32,000 bases of DNA from assembly GCF_000284115.1 (NCBI RefSeq), contig NC_017080.1:3540001-3572000 (forward strand), written 5' to 3'. The stretch is from Phycisphaera mikurensis NBRC 102666. Its GTDB lineage: Bacteria > Planctomycetota > Phycisphaerae > Phycisphaerales > Phycisphaeraceae. Positions 8,138 through 18,473 of this stretch are shown here, in pieces (the first letter of the stretch is position 1; each line of letters begins with the position of its first letter). The translations under genes and the position numbers were made by a program. The notes beneath the pieces were generated by a model that saw only the letters and a list, made by a program, of their open reading frames with translations, had not been told where the DNA came from and searched no databases.

Positions 8138-10396
8138 TCACTCGTGCCGCGAGCGGGTGAACGCCATCAGACGCTCGTGCGTCCCCGGCGCGTCCTCCCC
8201 GGGCTCGGGTCGCCGCAGGGTGTAGTTGCCGTCGGCGTCCATGTCCCAGGCCAGGCGGCGGTCGGTGCGGAGGATGTCGAGCAGGTGGTCGATGCGCTTC
8301 CGCAACGCCGGGTCGTAGATCGGGGTGATGCACTCGACGCGGTTGTTCAGGTTGCGGTACATCCAGTCCGCGCTGCCGATGAAGGTCTCCGGCTCGCCCG
8401 CGTTGTGGAAGCGGAACACCCGGCTGTGCTCGAGGAATCGGCCGATGACGCTGCTGACCTCGATGTTCTCGGAGAGACCGGGCACGCCGGGGCGGATGCA
8501 GCAGAAGCCGCGCACGAAGAGCTCGACCTTCACGCCGACTCGGCTCGCGGCGTAGAGCCGGCGGGCGATGCCGTGGTCCTCGAGTTGATTCATCTTCGCG
8601 ACGATCGACGGGCGGTCGGGGTCGGCGGGGTCGCTGCCGCGCTCGACCCAGCCCGCGGCGTGATCGATCTCCCGCTGGATGAGCTGGCCGAAGCGGCGGC
8701 GCATGTTGACCGGAGCGATGAGCAGGTGGTCGAAATCTTCCTTCAGGCTGCGGCCGGTGAGGAAGTGGAACAGCTCGACCAGGTCGCGGGTGATCCGCTT
8801 GTCGGCGGTGAAGAGGCCCAGATCGGTGTAGAGGTTGGCGGTCTTGGAGTGGTAGTTGCCGGTGCCGATGTGGGCGTAGACCTTCATCCCGGCGTCCTCC
8901 TCGCGGACGACGAGCGCAGTCTTGGTGTGGGTCTTGAGGCCGACGAGGCCGTAGACGACGTGCACGCCGGCCTTCTCCAGCCGTCGCGCCAGCTGCACGT
9001 TGCGCTCTTCGTCGAAGCGGGCCTTCAGCTCGACCAGGCACACGACCTGCTTGCCGGCCTCGGCGGCGGCGATGAGCGTGGGGATGAAGGGCGAGTCGGT
9101 GCCGGTGCGGTAGAGCGTGAGCTTGATCGCGACGACCTTGGGGTCGCGGGCGGCCTGCTTGATGAAGGCCTCGACGCTGTGCTCGAAGCTCTCGTAGGGG
9201 TGGTGCACGAGCAGGTCCCCCTGGCTGACCGTGGCGAAGACGTCGGACCCGCCCGCGGTGGACTCGCCGGCCACCAGGCGCGGCGGGGTCATCGGCTTCC
9301 ACTTGGGGTACTTGAGGTCGGGCCGGTCGACGGCGGCGTGCACCGCGAAGAGGTCGGTGTAGTCGAGCTCGGCGGTCATCCGGTAGATGTCCTCCTCCCG
9401 CAAGCCCAGCTCGGCGAGCAGGTAGCGGACCATCGGGTGGTCCGCCTCGGCGTCGACCTCCAGCCGCACGCAGCTGGCGAAACGCCGGTCACGCAGCTCC
9501 TGGTTCACCAGCTCGAGCAGGTCTTCGGCGTCCTCCTCGTCGCGCTCCAGGTCGGCGTTGCGGGTGATGCGGAAGGGCTCGCAATGGACGACCTCCATGC
9601 CCTCGAACAGCCGGCCGAGGTTCTGGCGGATGATGTCGATGAGGGCGACGAAGCGGTAGACGTCGCGGCCGTCCTCGTCCCGCTCGCCCGGCCGGTGCAA
9701 CGCGACCCACTGCGGCATCATCGCCGGCACCTTGACGCGGGCGAACTCCAGCGCGGGGCCCTCGGGGTCGTCGGGGTCGTCGAGCACGGCGGCGGCGTCG
9801 GAGTTGGCGCCGATGCCCGACTTCGCCGGCGGGCGGAGCATGACGCCCAGCGAGGTGGACAGGTTGGAGAGGAACGGGAAGGGGTGCCCGGGGTCGACGG
9901 CGAGCGGGGTGAGCAGCGGGAAGAGCTGCTCCTCGAAGTAGGCGTTGGCCGTCTGCTGGTCGGCGTCGGAGAGCTTCGCCCACGGGAGCAGGTGGATGCC
10001 CTCGGCGGAGAGCTTCGGCTTGAGGTCCTCGGCGAAGCACTCCGCCTGCTTGGCGAGCATGGGCAGCACCTGCTCGCGGATGCCGTGCAGCTGCTCGGTG
10101 GCGGTCCTCCCGTCGGGGCTGCGCTGCGTGAGCCCCGCCTTGATCTGCCGCTTCAGCCCTCCCACCCGCTTCTGGAAGTACTCATCGAGGTTGGAGTTGA
10201 AGATCGCGAGGAAGGCGATCCGCTCCAGCAGCGGCGTCCGCTCGTCGCAGGCCATGTGCAGCACGCGCTTGTTGAAGATGAGCCACTGCGTCTCGCGGTT
10301 GAGGAAGTGGTCCTGCTCGTCGGGCGCAGCGATGGCGGCGTCGGGGTCGGGGGCGGGACGCGGGGTCCGTTTGCGGCGGTGGGAGGTCTTGGCCAT
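8138..10396 (-). CDS. ppk1: Polyphosphate kinase 1
   Basis: NRETQWLIFNKRVL...LLERIAFLAIFNSNLDEYFQKRVGGLKRQ, LLVHHPYESF, KVVAIKLTLYRTGTDSPF, LVELKARFDEERNV, HIGTGNYHSKTANLYTDLGLFTA. Start placed at ATG 10396; the ORF extends upstream without homology-like sequence. Confidence 0.96.
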   Translation of the reverse strand: MAKTSHRRKRTPRPAPDPDAAIAAPDEQDHFLNRETQWLIFNKRVLHMACDERTPLLERIAFLAIFNSNLDEYFQKRVGGLKRQIKAGLTQRSPDGRTATEQLHGIREQVLPMLAKQAECFAEDLKPKLSAEGIHLLPWAKLSDADQQTANAYFEEQLFPLLTPLAVDPGHPFPFLSNLSTSLGVMLRPPAKSGIGANSDAAAVLDDPDDPEGPALEFARVKVPAMMPQWVALHRPGERDEDGRDVYRFVALIDIIRQNLGRLFEGMEVVHCEPFRITRNADLERDEEDAEDLLELVNQELRDRRFASCVRLEVDAEADHPMVRYLLAELGLREEDIYRMTAELDYTDLFAVHAAVDRPDLKYPKWKPMTPPRLVAGESTAGGSDVFATVSQGDLLVHHPYESFEHSVEAFIKQAARDPKVVAIKLTLYRTGTDSPFIPTLIAAAEAGKQVVCLVELKARFDEERNVQLARRLEKAGVHVVYGLVGLKTHTKTALVVREEDAGMKVYAHIGTGNYHSKTANLYTDLGLFTADKRITRDLVELFHFLTGRSLKEDFDHLLIAPVNMRRRFGQLIQREIDHAAGWVERGSDPADPDRPSIVAKMNQLEDHGIARRLYAASRVGVKVELFVRGFCCIRPGVPGLSENIEVSSVIGRFLEHSRVFRFHNAGEPETFIGSADWMYRNLNNRVECITPIYDPALRKRIDHLLDILRTDRRLAWDMDADGNYTLRRPEPGEDAPGTHERLMAFTRSRHE

Positions 10397-10646
10397 GGGT
10401 CGGGAGCGGAGCGGCCGGGCGAGGGTAAAGCGATCCGAGGAGCGATCGGTCCCGCTCGCTCGAGCCTGGGGCGAGCCGACGCGGCGGGAGGTGGCCCGGG
10501 CAGGACGGGCGTGGCCGCTCCTCCACGGAGCCGCCAGCCAGGGCCCACCGCCCATCGGCCGAGAAGACCCAGCCCGCCGCGGCGTTGTCATGCCCCTTTC
10601 GTTCCTTCGTTTCTGCTTCGCCTGCGCCACGCGGCGGGTGCGTTCT

Positions 10647-12224
10647 TCACCTCGACTCCGTGAGCGCGTAGCAGACGTCGCCGTGGAGGAGGTACAGGCG
10701 CAGCGCGGGCCCGAGCTTCTTGGCCAGGGAGAGGCCCAGGTCGGGCCGGTCGGTGACGAGGTGGGGCACGGGATCGGCGGCGTCGACGCGGCGGTGGGGC
10801 TGGGCGGCCGACAGCCAGTCCTGGTGCTCGCGGGCCCATTCGGCGGCGTCGCGGAGGGCGAGCATCGCCTCGCGGGGGTGGGGGTGCTCGGCGGAGTGGG
10901 TGTGGCGTGCGAGCAGGTGCAGGCGGCCGTTGGCGTCGAGCGCGAGCTGGACGAGCGGCTGGCCGGGGCAGCCGGGCTGGATCGCCTCGAGACGGGGCCC
11001 GGAGGGCCGGGCGGTGGAGAGGCGTTCGAGCAGGCCCTCCAGCGGGGCCGCGGGGTGGGCGGGCGCTTCGTCCTCGGCGTCGCCGGCCGCGGCGTGCCGC
11101 CGGTGGAGGTCGAGCGAGCGGACGGCGGCGGCGCCGCGGATCGCCGGGCTTTCCGGGTCGGAAGGGGCTTGGGTCCGCGGCTCCGCGGGGTCGGGCCCGG
11201 AGCCGGCGGACGCGGCCGGCGGCCCGGGCTCCGGATCCGCCGCCTGCTCGGCATCGGGCAGGCTGCGGAGCCAGCCCAGCAGCGAGGCCCAGGGGTCGGG
11301 GCCGTCGCCGCGGCGGACGAAGCCCAGCGGCGTGCGGGCCACGGGGTTCATCCGCGGCAGGCTGCCCAGCGGCTCGGGCGGGCTGTCGACGTCGTCGACG
11401 AGGGCGCGGGCCAGCGCCCCGGCGGCATCCCGGGCGGCGGGCGGCTCCGAGCCCATCACCATGAGCCCGAAGCCCGCGGAAGCGATCGCGGGAGCGACGC
11501 CGATGAGCCGGCGGAGCATCGCGGCCGCGCCCTCGATGGCGACCGGGTCCGCGCCCGAGAGCAGCGACCAGTCGGCGACGCCGGCGAACCGCGCGGCGGC
11601 CTCGGGGCCGTCGACGCCGGCGTTCACGAGCACGGCCGCCGGCGCGCGGGTGGCGTGGGTCAGCAGCGTCGCGACCCGCTCCCGCAGCCCGGCCTCGGGA
11701 GAGAGGCGCTCCAGCACCGCGGCGGCGTCCCCGCCGCCGGGGCCGATCCACTCCAGCTCGAAGCCTTCGCCGACGCCGCTCTCGGGAGCCGTGCCCAGCG
11801 GGTCCTCCTCGTCTTCCTCCTGGATCGGGTGCAGCAGCAGCACCGGCCCGTCGCGGTGGGCGATCAGCTGGGCGTACTGCGGCAGCCAAGCGGAGGCCAA
11901 GCCCGGCAGGTTGCCGAGCAGGACGGCCTCCAGGGGCGGCGATGCGGCGGGCCGAGGGGCGGGGTCGGCGGGCACCTCGCGGCCGGCGAGCTTGAGGCGG
12001 TGGGCCGGGCCGGCCGCGCCCGGAGGCGGCGCAGCGGGACCCGGGCGGGCGGGAGGCGGGTCGCCCGGGGGCGGAGCCGCGCCGGCCCCGGCGGCGGGCT
12101 TGGGGCGCAGCCGGACGGGTGCCGGGCCGCCGAGGCCCGGCGGCGCATCGCCAGGGGGGCTCAAGAAGAGCGTGGCGAGATCGTCGAGGGTCTGGCTGTC
12201 GTCCATGACAGGGTCTTTCTCCAT
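10647..12224 (-). CDS. Hypothetical protein, possible degenerate SIMIBI/FlhG-like fold without P-loop
   Basis: Long ORF downstream of parA and upstream of ppk1, same strand. Pro/Ala-rich N-terminus; segments such as APAAVLVNAGVDGPEAAARFAGVADWSLLSGADPVAIEGAAAMLRRLI resemble the late strands of MinD/FlhG ATPases, but no Walker A was seen. Confidence 0.65.
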   Translation of the reverse strand: MEKDPVMDDSQTLDDLATLFLSPPGDAPPGLGGPAPVRLRPKPAAGAGAAPPPGDPPPARPGPAAPPPGAAGPAHRLKLAGREVPADPAPRPAASPPLEAVLLGNLPGLASAWLPQYAQLIAHRDGPVLLLHPIQEEDEEDPLGTAPESGVGEGFELEWIGPGGGDAAAVLERLSPEAGLRERVATLLTHATRAPAAVLVNAGVDGPEAAARFAGVADWSLLSGADPVAIEGAAAMLRRLIGVAPAIASAGFGLMVMGSEPPAARDAAGALARALVDDVDSPPEPLGSLPRMNPVARTPLGFVRRGDGPDPWASLLGWLRSLPDAEQAADPEPGPPAASAGSGPDPAEPRTQAPSDPESPAIRGAAAVRSLDLHRRHAAAGDAEDEAPAHPAAPLEGLLERLSTARPSGPRLEAIQPGCPGQPLVQLALDANGRLHLLARHTHSAEHPHPREAMLALRDAAEWAREHQDWLSAAQPHRRVDAADPVPHLVTDRPDLGLSLAKKLGPALRLYLLHGDVCYALTESR

Positions 12225-12297
12225 CCGGGGGTCGCCGGTGGTCCGGCGGTCGCCGCCTCTCCCCGGTGGGGGTGGGGGCGTGGGCTCGATGAGCCGC

Positions 12298-12314
12298 CGG
12301 CTCGCGGAGCCGGG
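12298..12314 (-). terminator. Possible hairpin downstream of the parA-like gene
   Basis: Perfect CCGGCTC-gcg-GAGCCGG inverted repeat about 40 nt 3' of the parA-like stop. No clear U-tract. Confidence 0.3.
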
Positions 12315-12354
12315 CGTTGTACGCGGCGTTGCCGCGTGGAGGTCGCAGCGAGCC

Positions 12355-13755
12355 TCAGGCGCCGGCGGGCTCCGGCGCGGCGGGGACGCGAACCGGGCTC
12401 GCGGGCACCCTCGCCGGGTCCGCGACCACCGGCTCCGCGACCACCTCCGCCACGCTGTTCGCCTCGCCGAGCGGGTTCACCTCGGTCAGGCGGTTGAAGG
12501 GATCGGCCGCCCACTGCCCGTCGATGACGAGGCGGTAGGCGTGGCGGCCGGCGGGCAGCTTCACGAGCGCCTGCCAGACGCCGAGCTCGGCGTTGCGGGT
12601 CATCGCGGTCGCTTCGGGGTCCCAGCCGTTCCAGGAGCCGGCGATCGTGATCCGGGCGCCGGCGTCGCCGGGCTGGACGAAGAGCGTCCCGTTGCGGGTG
12701 CAGCGGCATCCGCAGAGCCGCTCGATCGCGGCGGGCAGGACCGCCGGGGTGGGTGCGGCCGGCGGGGTGTCCCGCGCGGCGAGCGACTCCGCGTTGCGGC
12801 GGGAGAGGTCGCGGGTGCGGGCCACGAGCTCGGCGGCGCGGGACAGGCGGGCCGGTCCCGCGGCCCCGGCCGGCGTCGGGTCCGGCGCGGTGTCGCCGGG
12901 GACGGGCGCCGGCGCCTCGCCCGCCGGGTTCGCGTCCCGCGTCTCCGCCGCGAGCGGGGCCAGCATCTCCGCGGGCTCGGGCGGGTGGGCGACCAGCCAG
13001 TCGGCGAGCTTCACGAAGTCCGCCGCGGCCGAGCCGTCGGGATCGTACTCGCCGATCGCCCGACCGAAGCCGGCGGCCTCACGCAGCTTCTCGTCCTCGT
13101 GGATGCAAAGCGGCAGCACCTGCTCGCCGAAGTGCCGCTTCATCTGCCCGAGGATTTCGCGGTCGATGTTCCGGTCGGCCCGGTGCAGCGTGGGCAGCAC
13201 GCTGAAGCGGACGCGGTGGCCGGCCCGGCGGGCGAGCATGTCGATCGTCCGGGCCTGCTTGATGGCGCCCTGGAGCGCGAAGTAGCCGGTCTCCACCGGG
13301 ATGAGCACCTCCTGGCAGGCCCGCAGCGCGTTGAAGGTGAGCAGGCCGATCGACGGCGGGCAGTCGATGATGCAGTGGGCGTAGTCGCCGCCCTCCGCCC
13401 GCCCGAGCACCGCCGCCAGCCGCCGGTCCCGGTCCGAGGCGTTGGAGAGGCGCTGCTCGATGCCGGCGAGCGCGAGGCTGGAGGGCAGCAGGTCGAGGTT
13501 CCGGCGGACCCGCCAGAGGCAGTCCTCGAAGGCGATCGGCTCGCCCTCGGCGTTGCGTCCGCCGCCGAGCAGGTCGGCCACGCCGTGCTCGATCCCGTCC
13601 TCGGGCACCGAGAGGCCCAGGGCGCAGTGGCTCTGGGGGTCCATGTCCACGAGCAGCGTCTTGCGGCCGCGGCGGGCCAGCTCCGAGGACAGGTGGATGG
13701 CGGTGGTGGTTTTCCCGCACCCGCCCTTCTGGTTGATGATCGCCGTGGTTCGCAA
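12355..13755 (-). CDS. ParA-family ATPase fused to C-terminal AMPK1/CBM48-like glycogen-binding domain
   Basis: N-terminus MRTTAIINQKGGCGKTTTAIHLSSELARRGRKTLLVDMDPQSHCALGL (deviant Walker A), IIDCPPSIGLLTFNAL. C-terminus ITIAGSWNGWDPEATAMTRNAELGVWQALVKLPAGRHAYRLVIDGQWAADPFN is typical of AMPK1_CBM. Confidence 0.9.
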   Translation of the reverse strand: MRTTAIINQKGGCGKTTTAIHLSSELARRGRKTLLVDMDPQSHCALGLSVPEDGIEHGVADLLGGGRNAEGEPIAFEDCLWRVRRNLDLLPSSLALAGIEQRLSNASDRDRRLAAVLGRAEGGDYAHCIIDCPPSIGLLTFNALRACQEVLIPVETGYFALQGAIKQARTIDMLARRAGHRVRFSVLPTLHRADRNIDREILGQMKRHFGEQVLPLCIHEDEKLREAAGFGRAIGEYDPDGSAAADFVKLADWLVAHPPEPAEMLAPLAAETRDANPAGEAPAPVPGDTAPDPTPAGAAGPARLSRAAELVARTRDLSRRNAESLAARDTPPAAPTPAVLPAAIERLCGCRCTRNGTLFVQPGDAGARITIAGSWNGWDPEATAMTRNAELGVWQALVKLPAGRHAYRLVIDGQWAADPFNRLTEVNPLGEANSVAEVVAEPVVADPARVPASPVRVPAAPEPAGA

Positions 13756-14005
13756 GAGTCGTCCTCAGTGAGCGGGAGGGGAGGCGGAGCACCGGCCGGG
13801 TTCGACCGCCGATCCCGTTATCGGAGCCGGGTCGGGGACCGCGTGAGGATTGGCGCGGTCGGGCCGCCCCGTCCGTCTGATCGCCGTTCGCACGGCGGGC
13901 GATCCGGTGAGCGCCCGAGCCGCAACGCCCCCGCCGGGGGACGCCGCCCCGGGGCCACGAGGGACGCGGAGCGGCCGGCGGAGCTCCGCCCGCCATAGTG
14001 GCCCC

Positions 14006-15076
14006 GTGCCCGTGGAAGACCGCTACGTCCGCCTCGTCGAGGGCCGCTCCGCCGGCGTGCTCGCCTCCGCCGCCCGCGGGCTGCTGCGGGCGGCGACGCC
14101 GGCCTGGCGGCTCGGGCTCGCGATCGATCAGCAAAGAAAACGGCGCGGCCGCCGGCCGCTCGGCCGGCCGACCGCCTCCATCGGGAACCTCTCCGTGGGC
14201 GGAACCGGCAAGACGCCCGCCGTCGCCTGGGCCGTCCGCCGGCTGCTCGACGCCGGTCACCGCCCCGCCGTGCTCACCCGCGGCCACGGCGGCGACGCGC
14301 AGCGGCCGGCGGACGAGGTGCTCGAGCTGCGCGGGATGCTCCGCGACGCCGCCCCGGTCATCGCCGATCCCGACCGCCACGCCGCCGCCGCCGCCGCTCT
14401 CGCCGCGTCGCCGGGCCTCACCTGCTTCGTGCTCGACGACGGCTTCCAGCGGCTCGACGTCGCACGCGATCTCGACCTCGTGCTCGTCGACGCCAGCCGC
14501 ACGCTCGCCTCGGCCCGCTTGCTGCCCGGCGGCCTGCTCCGGGAGCCGCCCGCCGCGTTGACCCGCGCCGACGCGGTGCTGCTGACCCGCGTCGACCGCG
14601 CCGGCCCCGCCGCCACCGGCGAAACGGCCGCCTGGGTCACCCGCTGGCACGGCCGCCCGCCGCTCGCATCCTTCGCCCACCGCTGGTCGGGCGTCGACGC
14701 GTACCCGCCCGCCGGCGCGGCCCCGGCGATCGCCGGCCGGCGGCTCTACGCCGCCGCGGGCATCGGCCACCCCCGCGCCTTCGCCGAGCAGCTCGCCGCC
14801 GCCGGCGCCGAGGTCGTCGGCGCGGCCCGGCTCGCCGACCACCACCGGCCCACCGCCGGCGGGCTCGCCCGCCTCCACGCCGATGCCCGGGCCGCGGGCG
14901 CCGACGCCGTCGCCACCACGGAAAAGGACCGCGTGAAGTGGGCGATGCTGGATCCGGGACCCGATGCACTCCCGGTGCTGGTCCCCCGCCTCCGCTTCGA
15001 GCCCGTCGCCGGCGAGGCCGCCCTGCTCGCACTCCTCCGCGAGCGGCTCCCGCGGCCGGTCGATCGCCCGGCGTGA
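14006..15076 (+). CDS. lpxK: Tetraacyldisaccharide 4'-kinase
   Basis: SIGNLSVGGTGKTPAVAWAVRRL, LTRGHGGD, DEVLELRGML, FVLDDGFQRLDVARDLDLVLVDA, LLPGGLLREP, TTEKDRVKW. GTG start 14006 or 14012. Confidence 0.93.
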   Translation: MPVEDRYVRLVEGRSAGVLASAARGLLRAATPAWRLGLAIDQQRKRRGRRPLGRPTASIGNLSVGGTGKTPAVAWAVRRLLDAGHRPAVLTRGHGGDAQRPADEVLELRGMLRDAAPVIADPDRHAAAAAALAASPGLTCFVLDDGFQRLDVARDLDLVLVDASRTLASARLLPGGLLREPPAALTRADAVLLTRVDRAGPAATGETAAWVTRWHGRPPLASFAHRWSGVDAYPPAGAAPAIAGRRLYAAAGIGHPRAFAEQLAAAGAEVVGAARLADHHRPTAGGLARLHADARAAGADAVATTEKDRVKWAMLDPGPDALPVLVPRLRFEPVAGEAALLALLRERLPRPVDRPA

Positions 15077-15203
15077 ACCCGCCTCGGGGAGCCACGGCCG
15101 CTCCCTTCCTATGCTGCACGCCCGGGAGGCGCGCGATCCTTGCGCGCCCCCGATCCTCCCGAACCCCCGACAGGAGAAGCGCCCGCCGGCGCTTCCGCCG
15201 CTC

Positions 15204-17093
<1,890 letters not shown>

Positions 17094-17170
17094 TCCGGAG
17101 CGTGCGGGCGTGCGACCCGCGTTGGCGGATCCCGCTGGCCACGACACCCTCCCCGGGGTGGCCTAGAAGT

Positions 17171-17551
17171 TCAATCCTGCGCGTGTTCCCGCAGCGTCTC
17201 GAGCGCCACCACCTCGAGGGCTTTGGCGTGCGTCGCCGCGAGATCGACGCGGGGCGCCCGGCCGGCCGCCTCGGCCTCGGCCCAGCGGCCGGCACAGAGG
17301 CACCAGCGGTCCCCGGGCTTCAGGCCCGGGAACCGGTACTCCGGCCGCGGCGTCGTGAGGTCGTTGCCCGCCTGCTTCGTGAAGACGAGGAAATCCTCCG
17401 TCATCACCGCGCAGACCGTGTGCGAGCCGAGGTCCTGCGGACCGGTCTCGCAGCAGCCGCTCCGGCTGAAGCCGGTGAGCGGGTCCTTCGAGCAGATGGC
17501 GAGCGGCCCACCGAGCACGTTCCGGGCGGCGCTGTGTCCCGAGGCGATCAT
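17171..17551 (-). CDS. DUF2237 family protein
   Basis: NVLGGPLAICSKDPLTGFSRSGCCETGPQDLGSHTVCAVMTEDFLVFTKQAGNDL...FPGLKPGDRWCLCAGRW...APRVDLAATHAKALEVV is characteristic of the family. Confidence 0.85.
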   Translation of the reverse strand: MIASGHSAARNVLGGPLAICSKDPLTGFSRSGCCETGPQDLGSHTVCAVMTEDFLVFTKQAGNDLTTPRPEYRFPGLKPGDRWCLCAGRWAEAEAAGRAPRVDLAATHAKALEVVALETLREHAQD

Positions 17552-17593
17552 GCACGAAGCGTAGAGACCGCTCCGGGCTCGACGCCTCGCGTC

Positions 17594-18349
17594 TCACTCG
17601 CCGCCACGGAGCACCTCGGGCGCTTCCGCCCCGTCGGCCCAGACCTCGAGCGAAGGGAAGGAGAGCGTGAAGCCCGCGCCCTCGGGGCCGTGGTGCTCCG
17701 TCGCGAAGGTGACACCCGCCGCCGTACGCTCGTTCTCCCACGTCGCGGGCCTGGCTTCCGCGCCGCCGCCCCGCCGGAACGCCCACTCCGCGATCCGCCC
17801 GCTCTCGCCGAGGTAGAGCTCGTACACGTCCGCGGGCGTGTAGCCGCCCTCCGCCGGCCACGCCGCCATCAGCTTCGTCGCGGGTCGCCCGGAGATCGGC
17901 ATCGACGCCTCGCCGACCTCGAGCACCGTCGGATCCGACCAGAGCAGCTGGAAGGGGAAGGTGAGCCAGTAGGTGTCGTTCACGAAGTTCCGCTTCGCGG
18001 CGAAGAGGTCCGTGCCCTCCTCGGGTTCGACCGATGCATCGAAGGAGAGCTCGTCGGGCGTTCCGCGGTTGAGCGTGACGGCGCCGCCGTCGCGCCCGTT
18101 CGGCGCCCAGGACCAGACCCGATCGACCGTCTCCCCGCCGGGCAGCTCGACGTGGAAGGTGAAGTCGACCCGATCGATCCGGCTCCAATGCTCGAAGCCG
18201 TAGGCGGCGGCGAGCGCTTCCGCCGGCGACGCGGACGCCGACGCGGCGGACTCCTGCGCGGACGCGGTCAAAGGGAGCGTGCCGGATCCAAGGCCCAGGC
18301 CGAGCGCGGCGGCGAGGCATGCGGTGCCGGTGCGGGTGATTCTGTTCAT
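17594..18349 (-). CDS. Secreted hypothetical protein
   Basis: Start at ATG 18349 gives signal peptide MNRITRTGTACLAAALGLGLGSGTLPLTASAQ followed by a non-repetitive protein with normal composition. Confidence 0.75.
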   Translation of the reverse strand: MNRITRTGTACLAAALGLGLGSGTLPLTASAQESAASASASPAEALAAAYGFEHWSRIDRVDFTFHVELPGGETVDRVWSWAPNGRDGGAVTLNRGTPDELSFDASVEPEEGTDLFAAKRNFVNDTYWLTFPFQLLWSDPTVLEVGEASMPISGRPATKLMAAWPAEGGYTPADVYELYLGESGRIAEWAFRRGGGAEARPATWENERTAAGVTFATEHHGPEGAGFTLSFPSLEVWADGAEAPEVLRGGE

Positions 18350-18434
18350 CGGCGAGGCTAGCGCACCCTGCGCCGCTTCCAAGTCGCCCCTGCGGGCGGG
18401 TCGGTTCGGAGGGCGCGAGCGACGCTCGATGCCG

Positions 18435-18473
18435 CTTGAGCGGGCCGCTGCGGATCCACGCCGCCCGCTCAGG
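18435..18473 (-). terminator. Candidate hairpin at the 3' end of the upstream minus-strand gene
   Basis: CTTGAGCGGGC-N17-GCCCGCTCAGG, 11 bp with one wobble, overlapping the stop at 18469. Confidence 0.4.

Noticed and set aside
11134-11180. Further copy of the 26-nt-spacer element (CCGCGGATC...GGTCCGCGG)
   Set aside because: Spacing is one nucleotide longer and one pair is a wobble, and it lies in a low-complexity coding region. Kept only as a possible degenerate relative.
8138-11254. 1038-aa ORF as a single protein
   Set aside because: Only the part from ATG 10396 is Ppk1. The N-terminal extension is low-complexity Arg/Pro sequence antisense or out of frame to the neighbouring gene.
9945-12497. 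850-aa plus-strand ORF
   Set aside because: Arg/Gly/Ala-rich shadow ORF opposite ppk1 and the 525-aa gene, with no recognisable domain.
10720-13998. 1092-aa plus-strand ORF
   Set aside because: Antisense to the hypothetical gene and parA-CBM; typical high-GC shadow ORF.
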